Origin: an uncultured virus (IMG/VR IMGVR_UViG_3300017642_000062)
Taxonomy: Duplodnaviria; Heunggongvirae; Uroviricota; Caudoviricetes
Strand: one strand, 5' to 3'
DNA length: 64,000 nucleotides
IMG/VR virus record: IMGVR_UViG_3300017642_000062
Part shown: positions 35,200 through 44,795 of the stretch, piece after piece
Layout of the letters: the number at the start of each line of letters is the position of its first letter
Numbering within the stretch: position 1 is the stretch's first letter
Position numbers and translations under genes: made by a program
Notes under the pieces: generated by a model
Databases searched by the model: none
What the model was told of the DNA's origin: nothing
Seen by the model: only the letters and a program-made list of their open reading frames with translations

Positions 35200-35626
35200 A
35201 AACGAGGCCGCCCTCCTCTCCCCAGTCAATTGCTTGACCACACTGCCCGCAAAAGCTATTCTTTTTACCGTCTTCATTGTGAAGATATTCTCCACTTCCG
35301 CAGCAAGGGCAAGCGAGAATCCCAATATCTCCATCCGGATGCGGGCTTTCCCCAACGAAACGATAATTTTCTTTTTGCGCCTTGATTCTTGATATTACCC
35401 CCTGCACGCAAACCGCTCCGATATCAAGGGCCTTTTCAAGTTCGTCATATCCATGATAAATGAGAAATTTTCCGGGATTTTCCGCCGTGAGAGCAACACT
35501 TCGAATCCGCGATCCTCGATCTTGCGTAGCAAGGTCCTGAATAATCTTTAGCGCTCTCTCAAATTCTTGTATTGAGAAGTTGAACTGTTCTTCTAAATTT
35601 TTATCCATTTTCACACCCAATTTCAA
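35168..35626 (-). CDS. Hypothetical protein with C-terminal Zn ribbon
   Basis: CPCCG...FCGQCGQAIDW. Confidence 0.7.
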   Translation of the reverse strand: MKLGVKMDKNLEEQFNFSIQEFERALKIIQDLATQDRGSRIRSVALTAENPGKFLIYHGYDELEKALDIGAVCVQGVISRIKAQKENYRFVGESPHPDGDIGILACPCCGSGEYLHNEDGKKNSFCGQCGQAIDWGEEGGLVYADKKLHDQN

Positions 35627-35856
35627 AGACCTTGTGTCAATCGTTCTGATCTCGGCTCGGAGGTTCCATGCCTCAATGGTTCTCTGCTTGCCCTCTCAGC
35701 GTTCACTTTTGGTTTTGTAATAACATGTAGAATCCCACGGCAATCTATCTCAACTTCAACTTCCTCTTTCGTTAGGCTGGTCGCCTCACAGACTATTTGC
35801 TTTAGAAGGGCAACATCGTCCTCTCCCGCATTTGGAATATAGATATAATCGCTCAC
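35623..35856 (-). CDS. Hypothetical protein
   Basis: ORF coupled to neighbours. Confidence 0.55.
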   Translation of the reverse strand: MSDYIYIPNAGEDDVALLKQIVCEATSLTKEEVEVEIDCRGILHVITKPKVNAERASREPLRHGTSEPRSERLTQGL

Positions 35857-36296
35857 TCAGAAACCTCCCAGTTCCACAGCCCCTGCTTACCGCTGATCGG
35901 CACTGGCGTTGGGAGCTCCTTCACATTTTCAAACTCCCACGCCCACCGCCCGATTGTATAGTCGCCTAAGTCAATTTCCTGCGGCGATAAACCGGCGACG
36001 AACTCCTCTGTAATGCGGTTGCAACGGGTCAGGACGGCAGTTCCGACGATTGCCCCGATAGGTAATTGGTCGAGCGCTCCGGGGCGCACGAACAGAGATT
36101 CAAGCCTGTCAAGGGCATTCCACCCGCTTCCGTTCCTGTCGGAGGCGAGATCATCGACCGTCTTCCGCACCTGCCGCTTTGCCGCATGGATGGCAATCGG
36201 GCCTCTGTACGACGTTGGCCATCCTCTGGTTTCATATTTTTTCTTGCCCGACGCCAGCAGGGACGCCCACGGCTGCCAGATGGTAATTGCCTTCAT
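35853..36296 (-). CDS. ASCH domain protein
   Basis: ITIWQPWASLL..GKKKYETR.W...YRGPIAIHA...GKQGLW. Confidence 0.9.
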   Translation of the reverse strand: MKAITIWQPWASLLASGKKKYETRGWPTSYRGPIAIHAAKRQVRKTVDDLASDRNGSGWNALDRLESLFVRPGALDQLPIGAIVGTAVLTRCNRITEEFVAGLSPQEIDLGDYTIGRWAWEFENVKELPTPVPISGKQGLWNWEVSE

Positions 36297-36886
36297 TATG
36301 CGTACCCCCTTGTCGTTCCGTGCAATCCCCATTTCATTTCGGAATAATTCCCGATTTGAAAGATATCGCCATGCATGGGTCCTTCAACTACCACGGTAAT
36401 AATCCCGCGTTCCCCCATTGCGTAAAGCTGTGTGGAGAGCTGGTTGAGCGTCATGGAATATTCGCATCCGGCGTCGCTCTTTCTCCAGTCGTCATCAGGG
36501 AGCGTTTGCCAGATAAGCCTGGATGTGTTAAGCGGATTATCGTTGAGAAAAATCTTCGTAATATTTTCAAGCTCTGATCCGGGATAGATTTCGTAATCCT
36601 CCCAGTCGGTTCGAGGCGCTTCATATACCGGCGCGTCAGGTTCAGCGCTTTTGGTTGCGAGGCTGTCGTGCCTCTTGAGAAAATCGTCCATCGCGTCCTG
36701 CCGGGAGAGGAAGTAGTTTTTCCCGATGCTGTTCCAGCTTGCTCCGCAACCGTCCGCAAACAAGAACTTGTGTTCATCGGCGTACTCGATACACCTTGGC
36801 TGCGCCGCCCACTTTGTGATTCCATTCTGCCGGCGGCCGCGCATTTCCCAGACGATATCCCCGATTTTGAGATTATGGTCGTTCAT
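36296..36886 (-). CDS. Hypothetical protein
   Basis: GGAGG RBS; coupled ORF. Confidence 0.65.
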   Translation of the reverse strand: MNDHNLKIGDIVWEMRGRRQNGITKWAAQPRCIEYADEHKFLFADGCGASWNSIGKNYFLSRQDAMDDFLKRHDSLATKSAEPDAPVYEAPRTDWEDYEIYPGSELENITKIFLNDNPLNTSRLIWQTLPDDDWRKSDAGCEYSMTLNQLSTQLYAMGERGIITVVVEGPMHGDIFQIGNYSEMKWGLHGTTRGYA

Positions 36887-37116
36887 TTGTGCGCCTCCTT
36901 CCAGTACTCGACGTCAAATGATCCATCGTCAAAGCAGACAACCGTGTCGCCAGCAGACGCCATCTTGTACCCTTTTGTGGTCGGAACTATAAGCACTTGG
37001 TTTTCGATATCCACTTTGATTTTGGTGCCGAGCGCCTGTGATAAGGTGCTGCTCGGGATCGACGGGCTGCCGTCAGGCTGCCCGCCAATCCGAAATCGCT
37101 CAACAATTTTACTCAT
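36883..37116 (-). CDS. Hypothetical protein
   Basis: GAGG RBS; coupled ORF. Confidence 0.6.
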   Translation of the reverse strand: MSKIVERFRIGGQPDGSPSIPSSTLSQALGTKIKVDIENQVLIVPTTKGYKMASAGDTVVCFDDGSFDVEYWKEAHK

Positions 37117-38648
37117 TTCTCTACCTCAAGGAACAGTTCGTGCGATCCGTCCTGCAGCTGCTTTTCCTCATCGGACATCTCGTACCCCATCTTTTCCAGC
37201 AGAGCGTATAGCCGATCCAGATCGGGGTTGTCATCGTGCCCCGCGTTCCAGTATTGATAATATCCGTTCGTGCAATCATCATCGGACAGGCGATATGTCA
37301 TTTCCCATAAAATCCGTTCAGGGGCTTTACGCACTGATTCGACTACCATGTCGTAGCCGAGCTCATTCTCACTTTCATCGTCGCTTTCCTCATCGGCAGG
37401 CTCAATTCCGAGCATATTCAACACGTCATCCATGTCGAGATCGGTCTGCGCGTCCAAACTTGTGAATAGCGAAAAAGCAACGATCTCTGGGAGAAAGTCC
37501 TTTGCGGTCTTCGAGCTGACGGACTCTGCAAAATCGCATCGAAGTTCGTAGGCACGTTTTGTCGCGTCCTTCAGCTCCGAGCGCCGGCGCTCAAGATCTT
37601 CTTTGGCTCTGGCGCGTTCTTCCTCTGCTGCCGAGTCGACCGTTTGCTCCACCTTGTCCGCATATAGGTCGATTTGGCTTCTGCTGACCTTGTAATAATA
37701 GCTGCGGGTATCTGTGTCATCTGGTTTTTCAAACGGCGAGGTGCGATTCCAGTATGAGAAATTCCGAATGTACTGAAGCTTTTGGTAGTCAATTTCCTCA
37801 ACCTGAGTCGCAAACCCGGAGAGCATAGCAATCGCCTCTTCGGCGTATTTTTTTTGCTTTTCCTGCTCAATTGCATTCTGCAGCCGGTTTCTGAAATTGT
37901 TTGTCCCGATTGCATCAAGAACCTCGTTTTTCAGATCCGGATCTGAAATCTTGTCAAGCTCCATGTAGTCCTGGAGCGTGGCTCCGCGGCTTACCGATTC
38001 TTTGAACTTGTCTTGATCCAGCTCCAGCAGCTTAACCCGCCGGCGGACGGTGGTCTGAGAGAATCCGGACTTCCGGGCAATGTCATCCACGCTATCGCCG
38101 AGGTTGAGCATGAGTTGGAACCCCTGCGCCTGCTCGTAGACCGTGAGGTCGGCGCGCTGGATATTCTCCATAAGCATCGTCCGCACCTGGTCCTGCAACG
38201 GCATATCCACAACAACGCACGGTACTTCCTTCAGGCCGGCCAGCTTCGCGGCGGCAAGCCGGCGGTGGCCGATGACAACGGTGTAGTTTCCACCGAAGGT
38301 TCCTGTGATTTCCCCAAGCCGCTTGACGACGGTAAGGTTCTGGAGGATGCCGTTCTCCTTGATGCTGTCCGCCAACTCGCTCAGATCCCCGAGATCTTTG
38401 CGTGGATTATCCGGGTGCGGACTCAGGCGTCCGATCGGGATACTGACCATGTTGCCGGCATCGGCAAGTTGCTCAAGCTCCCGCTCCTCGAGTTCTCTCT
38501 CGGCGGCTTCAACCTGATCCTGAATCTCCGCTCCCGGTCGGTTGTTGCCTTGGTAGTACTCGCAATCCCGCTCGTGGTATGTAAACGTACATACCTTTTC
38601 GCATTCGCCCTGCAGCGGGCAGCGCTCATTTTTCTTCTTTGTAGCCAT
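37113..38648 (-). CDS. ParB/Spo0J-like partition protein
   Basis: HPDNPRK, GILQNL, IGHRRLAAA, ENIQRADLT, HTH. Confidence 0.9.
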   Translation of the reverse strand: MATKKKNERCPLQGECEKVCTFTYHERDCEYYQGNNRPGAEIQDQVEAAERELEERELEQLADAGNMVSIPIGRLSPHPDNPRKDLGDLSELADSIKENGILQNLTVVKRLGEITGTFGGNYTVVIGHRRLAAAKLAGLKEVPCVVVDMPLQDQVRTMLMENIQRADLTVYEQAQGFQLMLNLGDSVDDIARKSGFSQTTVRRRVKLLELDQDKFKESVSRGATLQDYMELDKISDPDLKNEVLDAIGTNNFRNRLQNAIEQEKQKKYAEEAIAMLSGFATQVEEIDYQKLQYIRNFSYWNRTSPFEKPDDTDTRSYYYKVSRSQIDLYADKVEQTVDSAAEEERARAKEDLERRRSELKDATKRAYELRCDFAESVSSKTAKDFLPEIVAFSLFTSLDAQTDLDMDDVLNMLGIEPADEESDDESENELGYDMVVESVRKAPERILWEMTYRLSDDDCTNGYYQYWNAGHDDNPDLDRLYALLEKMGYEMSDEEKQLQDGSHELFLEVEK

Positions 38649-38662
38649 GAAATTTGCTCCTT

Positions 38663-39973
38663 TCATGTGTTCGCAGTGGCATGGGCACGCGCCCATCTCC
38701 GCTGGTACTGCTTCTTTCTGGCGGTCTTGCAACGGTCGCAGACTCGCCACTTGATGGTCTTTCGGTCTATGATGATATCGCCGCACACACGGCAATATTG
38801 GGGTTTTATGCGCTCAAATTCAGCGCAGGAATCGCAATCAGGACACCCGGCGCCGCAGCCTTTTATATCGTCCCATTTCATGCACATATGCCGCTGCCAG
38901 TACGGCTCGTAGCCAAGCTCATTCATTCGCTTGCGGAGTAATGCGTCCAGGAGAGAAAGGTTCTTTCTGACCTCTGTTCGTGTACGCGAAAGATTAAAGC
39001 CCTGACGAACCGTAGGCTCCGGGGCTCCGAACCCCCACGGTCGATTTCCAATCATGGATCTGATTTTGTCTGCATTCTCGGTCAAATACACGAAATACAC
39101 CTTGCCGCGAATCGCCTTTTCTGACTTTCCGATGGCCTGTCCAATCATCGTGTAGCTGTCTCCGTGACGGATACCATCAGCAAGAGTGTCGTAGTCATCT
39201 TGTGTCCACGCTACGCCTTCACCGTGATTGTCAGCCTTTACTGGCCGTTCCTTCAGACCGAGGTCGGTACAGCGCCTCTGAATCGCCCCGCCGGAACGAT
39301 GTAAAATTGATGAGAGTTCAGAATATCCGTATTTGTGCTGCTTCAGCAAGCAGATGAGCCGGCTGTCTTCATCTGCCGTCCAAGGATCTTTTCTCTGGAT
39401 TGAGAACGCTGTAAAATTCTTTCGTCGCTGCTCCGCTACCCAGTCAGGTTCTTCTCCGAGCGCCAACGGCTCCATTTTGGAGAAGTCAATGAATGAACGA
39501 TTCTTCTCGGCCCAATCCCAAAACTCATCAACGTATATCACTCGCCAGCTGCATTTTTCTACGCGCTTGGTGTGAATCGGAAGGCCTCTGTTCTCGGCCC
39601 AGCTTTTCATTTTGTAGGTATATCCGGAGTTCCCGCCGGTTACTGCAATTACGAGCTGGTTGAATGTGATATACTCTCCTCCCATGAGCGACGGTCCAAG
39701 CCCAAGCCTCGCGACGCGAACCTTCACTGCGTTAACAGTTCTCCCTAAATGCTTTGCTATTGCCGGGATGGACCGAGACCCCCACATTTCCTGAAGGTAT
39801 TCCTCCTCGTCTTGAGTCCACGGTACTTGCTTACCAAGGCGCATATTGCGGCGAGCGTTTGCAACGGCTCCGGCAGACCTTTTGAGGGCAGCACCCATCT
39901 CTGCATCTGACATCGTTTTGCAGTTTTCACGGATATATGCTGTTTCAGCCTCAGTCCATCTCTTGTAACTCAT
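38663..39973 (-). CDS. Protein with tandem Myb/SANT-like HTH repeats and Cys-rich C-terminus
   Basis: WTEAE, WTQDEE, WTADED, WTQDD repeats each followed by HTH-like segment. Confidence 0.75.
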   Translation of the reverse strand: MSYKRWTEAETAYIRENCKTMSDAEMGAALKRSAGAVANARRNMRLGKQVPWTQDEEEYLQEMWGSRSIPAIAKHLGRTVNAVKVRVARLGLGPSLMGGEYITFNQLVIAVTGGNSGYTYKMKSWAENRGLPIHTKRVEKCSWRVIYVDEFWDWAEKNRSFIDFSKMEPLALGEEPDWVAEQRRKNFTAFSIQRKDPWTADEDSRLICLLKQHKYGYSELSSILHRSGGAIQRRCTDLGLKERPVKADNHGEGVAWTQDDYDTLADGIRHGDSYTMIGQAIGKSEKAIRGKVYFVYLTENADKIRSMIGNRPWGFGAPEPTVRQGFNLSRTRTEVRKNLSLLDALLRKRMNELGYEPYWQRHMCMKWDDIKGCGAGCPDCDSCAEFERIKPQYCRVCGDIIIDRKTIKWRVCDRCKTARKKQYQRRWARAHATANT

Positions 39974-40149
39974 TTTTGCGGAGAATCAGGCTGATCGCCT
40001 CTCAACGAAGGCCCGGTAATTTTCTTCGCTTCCTCAGCCATCGCCTTGACGCCAGCCTGATATCCGCGCTGGTAGATGCGCTGCAGGTAGGCTTCCATCT
40101 GCGCCTTGTCCATGTGCTTGACGGCCTTGTAATCCTCACGCTTCATCAT
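39970..40149 (-). CDS. Small hypothetical protein
   Basis: MMKREDYKAVKHMDKAQMEAYLQRIYQRGY; GGAGG RBS. Confidence 0.7.
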   Translation of the reverse strand: MMKREDYKAVKHMDKAQMEAYLQRIYQRGYQAGVKAMAEEAKKITGPSLRGDQPDSPQK

Positions 40150-40873
40150 TGGTGGCATCCTCCTTTTCATCGTCCGGGGCATCATATGGCAAGACTTCTC
40201 TCGGCTGAGATCCGTTGAACGGGCCGACGATGCCGAGCGATTCCAGCTCATCGATAATTCTCGCCGCCTTGGCGTATCCGACGTTCATGCGACGCTGGAG
40301 CAGCGACGTGGTGGCTTTGTTCTCAGCCCGGACAATGCTTGTCGCTTCGGCGATTATCGGATCTTCAATTTCGGTGTCATCTTCCGCATCGTCTTCTCCG
40401 GCTCCCGTTTCAACAAGCGTCCCTTCGCTTTCCTCATAGCTTTCTGCCGGCTCTGCGCCTTCCGGGAGTTCCTCATCATCGGCTTCATCTTCATCGATTA
40501 CCGGCATACGGCCCTTCAGAATATCTTTCTCCATGATGTCGCGGAAGAAATACTGCTGCCAGTAGGTGATCATCTTCATGAGCACCGTTTCAATTTTAGT
40601 GCGGAGCACCTTCGAGATCGTAAATGTCCCGCCGGAAACCTTGGTTTCGAGAATGCCATCCTTGAAAATCCACATCATCGAGGCATCCGGGCTGATGTAT
40701 CCCTTTTCGTCCGCCGCCTCAAGCATAGACATCTGGGCATCCATGCCCTGCGTCGGTCGAATGGTGAAGGTGATCGGATAGGCGTCCTTGCGAAACCGGT
40801 ATGTAAGCTCGTGTTCATCGCAGAGCCCCTGCATTTTCTTCTTTTGCGCGTCGTATAAAGAAATTTCACTCAT
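40136..40873 (-). CDS. Protein with C-terminal FtsK gamma domain (no motor domain)
   Basis: DPIIAEA...ATTSLLQRRMNVGYAKAARIIDELESLGIVGPFNGSQPREVL. Confidence 0.88.
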   Translation of the reverse strand: MSEISLYDAQKKKMQGLCDEHELTYRFRKDAYPITFTIRPTQGMDAQMSMLEAADEKGYISPDASMMWIFKDGILETKVSGGTFTISKVLRTKIETVLMKMITYWQQYFFRDIMEKDILKGRMPVIDEDEADDEELPEGAEPAESYEESEGTLVETGAGEDDAEDDTEIEDPIIAEATSIVRAENKATTSLLQRRMNVGYAKAARIIDELESLGIVGPFNGSQPREVLPYDAPDDEKEDATNDEA

Positions 40874-40892
40874 TGTTTTTTTCTCCTTTCGG

Positions 40893-41405
40893 TTATCCGA
40901 GCAGAAGCAGCGTTCCGTTCCACGCTGTCTGCACTATGAATTCGGTCAGGTCTTTTTCAGTGACATATTTTCGCCCATAGGTTTCCTTCATGGCCGACCA
41001 CACCAGCCACGGGATGCAATACACGCATCCGGACGAGAATCCGGCGAGCACGAAGCATCTGGCGCCGAGCTGCTGAAGCAGGCTCATGTACTCCGCCTGG
41101 GACTGAAGGACTCGGCTCTGCTCCATCCGATCCGTTGAAGTGAACTTTGCCTCGAAGATTACGGTCCTTCCTCCCTTGATGGTGCCTTTGTAGTCCGGCT
41201 GCGCCTGCTTCTCGAAATAGGCTACGAACTTTCCATTCCCGAGGCTTGCCGTCGGCCTCATCGGCTCCGGGGTCTTTTCAATAACCGCAAATCCGCGCCG
41301 CTTGTAATACTCAAACGAGGTGTCAAGGCGGTCTTCGAAAACCCTGCCTTTGGCCTTTGAAATTGCTCCTTGGAGCTGGCGCTTTGGGTCTTTTTCCTTC
41401 ACCAT
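40893..41405 (-). CDS. RecU-like Holliday junction resolvase
   Basis: GRVFE...KTPEP...QPDYKG...IFEAK. Confidence 0.85.
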   Translation of the reverse strand: MVKEKDPKRQLQGAISKAKGRVFEDRLDTSFEYYKRRGFAVIEKTPEPMRPTASLGNGKFVAYFEKQAQPDYKGTIKGGRTVIFEAKFTSTDRMEQSRVLQSQAEYMSLLQQLGARCFVLAGFSSGCVYCIPWLVWSAMKETYGRKYVTEKDLTEFIVQTAWNGTLLLLG

Positions 41406-41584
41406 TCGAAGATCCCCCAGAAAGTCCCGCCGCCAACGAACATCGCCATGCCGATGCAGCATCTGAGAACTATTTCCGAGAGCGGAATCAAGTCCAAGTC
41501 GCTGGCTCCGGCGGCTCCGAGAATTATGAGCAATCCGGAGACACACACAGCACCGCTGATTTTCTTAAATCTCTTTTTTGTCAT
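41399..41584 (-). CDS. Small two-TM membrane protein
   Basis: Two hydrophobic segments. Confidence 0.6.
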   Translation of the reverse strand: MTKKRFKKISGAVCVSGLLIILGAAGASDLDLIPLSEIVLRCCIGMAMFVGGGTFWGIFEW

Positions 41585-41590
41585 GGCACT

Positions 41591-42223
41591 TCACTCCCAC
41601 ACATAGCCGTAGCAAAAAACGTGATCCCCAATCTCTCCCCACACACGGTCGTTTTCTCCGCCTCTGGAGAAATATACGACGTCTGACGGAAGAATTGACG
41701 GCCCATAGAGTGCGGCGCGTATGGCATCGTACTGTTCCTTGGCGGGATTCACTGTCCCGAGCAATTCAGCCGTTGAGAACTGAGGAACGCTTGTCCCGAA
41801 GCCGTCGAAGATGACCTCATGAACGGTATCCGGAAAGTCAGCGGAAACCACCCGATTCAAAACGACCTCTGCCACGGCCTGCTGTCCGTCTGCTGGCTGG
41901 TTCCCTGCTTCGTGGTAAATTACTTCGGCAAGCTCTTGAAGCTCGTTCTCGGTCATTGCAACGGCCGCATATCGTTCTAAAAGCTGTTCCCCGTCTGCCT
42001 GTTCCGCTTCAGTGTCCAGTTCTGCGATGTCCACCTGTGGCTCTTGCCTGTCGCCCTCCGTCGGCGCACTCGTTTCCGCTGTCGGCGTATTTGGCGCGCC
42101 TGCGATACAGTTTGCCTCCTTGCCGTTTAAGCCAACACGAGCGGCCACGACGGCGCAGAGGGCAACGACCAGAAGCGCAAGAATAATCGCCGGAGCGGAG
42201 GATCTCTTTCTGCTTTTTCTCAT
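41591..42223 (-). CDS. Membrane-anchored cell wall hydrolase (SleB/Hydrolase_2)
   Basis: LAEVIYHEAG..GQQAVAEVVLNRV...FPDTV...IGDHVF; N-terminal TM. Confidence 0.9.
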   Translation of the reverse strand: MRKSRKRSSAPAIILALLVVALCAVVAARVGLNGKEANCIAGAPNTPTAETSAPTEGDRQEPQVDIAELDTEAEQADGEQLLERYAAVAMTENELQELAEVIYHEAGNQPADGQQAVAEVVLNRVVSADFPDTVHEVIFDGFGTSVPQFSTAELLGTVNPAKEQYDAIRAALYGPSILPSDVVYFSRGGENDRVWGEIGDHVFCYGYVWE

Positions 42224-42729
42224 GACCTCTCCTTCCTCGCCCCCGATATGGCAAGACGTTGACCGTCTGCAAGGGCATTATTGCTTTTCAGCATTCTTTC
42301 GTAGGTTCGTTCAAAGCCGTCCATGTTGAACATCCGCGCATCTGGCGGAGCGAATTTATCAATTCCGCCCATGGCATCAATCACGCTCCGAGTGCGCGCC
42401 GGCATAATTCCGTAAGCATCGCTCAAATCCCCGTGGCACAGGTTCACAACGTTTCTTGCGTTGAGATATGCGTTTTTGACTTCATTTTCGATTTCCAGCG
42501 TAACGGAGTCTGCCTGTTCCTTCAGCTCGGCGATGGTGGGCGGGAACTTGCAGGATCTGCAAAGCCTGACAACCGCCTGCTGCGCAAGCCAAAAATCAAC
42601 GTCTGACAGGCAAGCCGTCCAAAGCTCTATCGTTGGGCCGAGCTTTTGGATTCCGCCTTTGAACATTTCGGCGTTCGGATATGCCAGCATCATCACGGAG
42701 AATATCTCGGTCATTTCTTTCTTGGTCAT
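42220..42729 (-). CDS. Replicative helicase loader/inhibitor (G39P-like)
   Basis: MTKKE...AYPN...W...L.D...KFPPTIAEL. Confidence 0.8.
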   Translation of the reverse strand: MTKKEMTEIFSVMMLAYPNAEMFKGGIQKLGPTIELWTACLSDVDFWLAQQAVVRLCRSCKFPPTIAELKEQADSVTLEIENEVKNAYLNARNVVNLCHGDLSDAYGIMPARTRSVIDAMGGIDKFAPPDARMFNMDGFERTYERMLKSNNALADGQRLAISGARKERS

Positions 42730-43631
42730 TGGCCGTCCTCCTCGCTGAACATGGCGTGCAGCGTCTGCAGGTCGTTCATGGCGTTCGCGCTCGGTGAGCT
42801 TCGCGGCTGCTCTTTCCGTCCGGACATTTTGGCGAGCAGCTGGAGGTACTTCTCCCGGAATTTTGTCCCGCTGAGAATGTTCCCCTGCCAGAAGGCGTCT
42901 TCCTGAGAAAACTTAAGGACCCTCGCTATATCGTCCCATGCCCGACCATCCAGCCGATTGCACTTGTCAAAAGCGTCTGCCCATGATTGAAGCTTCCGTT
43001 CCTCGGACGGCTTTTGCGAAGGAAGCCTTTTGCAGATGCATTCGTCGAGATAAACCGCCGCTTTGTATGCCCGGTCTTCTGGATCAAAAGCCTTGCTTTT
43101 TTTCTTCGCGCGCGGAGTAGATTCTTCAATATCACCTTCACTTTCTATTACATCTTCAGTATCATTTTCAATTTCAATTTCATTTTCAGTGTTTGCTTGG
43201 GATTTTGCTTGAGCAAAACCCGAAGCAAAATCTTCATCGTTGCTTGCGGTTTTGCTTGCTTTTCCACCTTTTCGACCTGCCGAAGCCCTGGTATCACTCA
43301 CTTTTCCGTCTTTAACCATTCGCTTCTGAAAAATGACGTCACCATCCATTGTGAGAACGCCTTCTTCCAGCAGTTCATTCAATGCGCGCTCGATTGTCTC
43401 TGCGTCATACGGCATCTGCCTAACGAGTTTCAAAGCAAAATCTGAAATTTGCTTGCCTGTTTGCTTGTCTTTTTGCTTGAGCAAAATTGTTCCGTAGTTA
43501 TCAGACTTATGCATGATGCACATCAGCCTTATGTACACACCGGTACTCTCTGCACTGCATTCGTTGAGCTTCTCGTCAGTCAGGAAGTCCTGCACATATA
43601 ACGGTAAATATGGCTGTTCACGTAATGCCAT
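42726..43631 (-). CDS. Replication initiator (DUF1376-like N-terminus; lambda O analogue)
   Basis: PYLPLYVQDFL, GVYIRLMC; FWQGNILSGTKFREKY; internal iterons. Confidence 0.85.
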   Translation of the reverse strand: MALREQPYLPLYVQDFLTDEKLNECSAESTGVYIRLMCIMHKSDNYGTILLKQKDKQTGKQISDFALKLVRQMPYDAETIERALNELLEEGVLTMDGDVIFQKRMVKDGKVSDTRASAGRKGGKASKTASNDEDFASGFAQAKSQANTENEIEIENDTEDVIESEGDIEESTPRAKKKSKAFDPEDRAYKAAVYLDECICKRLPSQKPSEERKLQSWADAFDKCNRLDGRAWDDIARVLKFSQEDAFWQGNILSGTKFREKYLQLLAKMSGRKEQPRSSPSANAMNDLQTLHAMFSEEDGQ

Positions 43632-43691
43632 TGCTTAACCTCCTGATTCTTTATGAGTGGCCGCCCTCGCTGGGAGAGCGGCCTTGCTGAT

Positions 43692-44156
43692 TCAAAACGG
43701 CAATTCTCCGTCATCTTCAATTTCGGAGAATCCACCTCCCGCGGCAAAGCTCTGCTGCCCAGAATAATTGCCTGCCGGAGCTGCCGGGGCGCGGTATTGC
43801 TGAGATTGCTGCGCAGCAGTGGCATCACCATCACGCTTGCTGTCTCCGAAATAAACGCTGTCTGCGACGATTTCTGCGGAGCGCCGCTTATTGCCTTCCT
43901 TGTCTTCCCATGGGCGGATCTGCAGGCGGCCGGACACGACCGCCATGCGCCCCTTGCTGAAATACTTGGAAACAAATTCGGCGGTTGAACGCCACGCAAC
44001 GCAATCGATGAAATCGGTCTGTTTCTCGCTGCCATCCTTTGGAGCAAAGTCCCGGTCTACGGCAAGCGTGAATGATGCGACCGGGGTCTGGCTCTGCGTG
44101 TATCGCAGCTCTGGGTCGCGGGTAAGACGCCCCATAATGACGATGCGGTTAAGCAT
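43692..44156 (-). CDS. ssb: Single-stranded DNA-binding protein
   Basis: MLNRIVIMGRLTRDPELR...DFIDCVAW...DDGELPF. Confidence 0.97.
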   Translation of the reverse strand: MLNRIVIMGRLTRDPELRYTQSQTPVASFTLAVDRDFAPKDGSEKQTDFIDCVAWRSTAEFVSKYFSKGRMAVVSGRLQIRPWEDKEGNKRRSAEIVADSVYFGDSKRDGDATAAQQSQQYRAPAAPAGNYSGQQSFAAGGGFSEIEDDGELPF

Positions 44157-44412
44157 CCGCGCCACCGGCTTCAGACTTTGACGCGGTCGGCTCCAACTTT
44201 TTGCCGAAGACTGCTTCAAGAACGTATTCAACCTGATAGCCCTGGTTCAGTGCGAATCCGCTCCGGATTACGTTTAATTCAGCCTCTGCCTTCAGAAGCT
44301 TTTCGTATCGGTCAACGGTAATGCTGATATGTTCTGCATCCATGCAGATTTCCATTGTTCCGGACATAAGCTCCTCAATGCGGTTGTTCTCATCTTCGGA
44401 AAATTTAATCAT
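44149..44412 (-). CDS. Hypothetical protein
   Basis: Coupled ORF MIKFSEDE... Confidence 0.55.
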   Translation of the reverse strand: MIKFSEDENNRIEELMSGTMEICMDAEHISITVDRYEKLLKAEAELNVIRSGFALNQGYQVEYVLEAVFGKKLEPTASKSEAGGADA

Positions 44413-44795
44413 TTGTAATAAGCCCCTTTCAAAGCATTGATGATATTGATCGCTTCTTTGCACTGTCCCACGTCGAACATTCCGATGTGCGTTTGATCGA
44501 GCGGGAGGTGCATCTCTTTTGCCAGCCACGCATAGGCGTCATTCCGCTTATGCTTAAACCGTCCATACTGCCACATCGGGTCAAAGACGGCGTGAGCAGC
44601 CTTTTTCCAATGGCGCAGTTCTGCGTTGGCAAGCCGGCCGAGCGGCTTATCCGTTCCTTTGTGAACGCCCACGTAGGCCATACATTGGCGGCAAAGATAG
44701 ATTTTCCCGTAGCTCCGGCCGTAGACTACCTTGCTGTCGACATATTCGGTTTTACGACCGCAGTAATCGCAATAAACGTCTTTCAACGCTTCCAT
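44409..44795 (-). CDS. DUF3268-like zinc-finger protein
   Basis: CDYCG...CMAYVGVH...PLGRLAN...HAVFD...HIGMFD. Confidence 0.85.
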   Translation of the reverse strand: MEALKDVYCDYCGRKTEYVDSKVVYGRSYGKIYLCRQCMAYVGVHKGTDKPLGRLANAELRHWKKAAHAVFDPMWQYGRFKHKRNDAYAWLAKEMHLPLDQTHIGMFDVGQCKEAINIINALKGAYYK

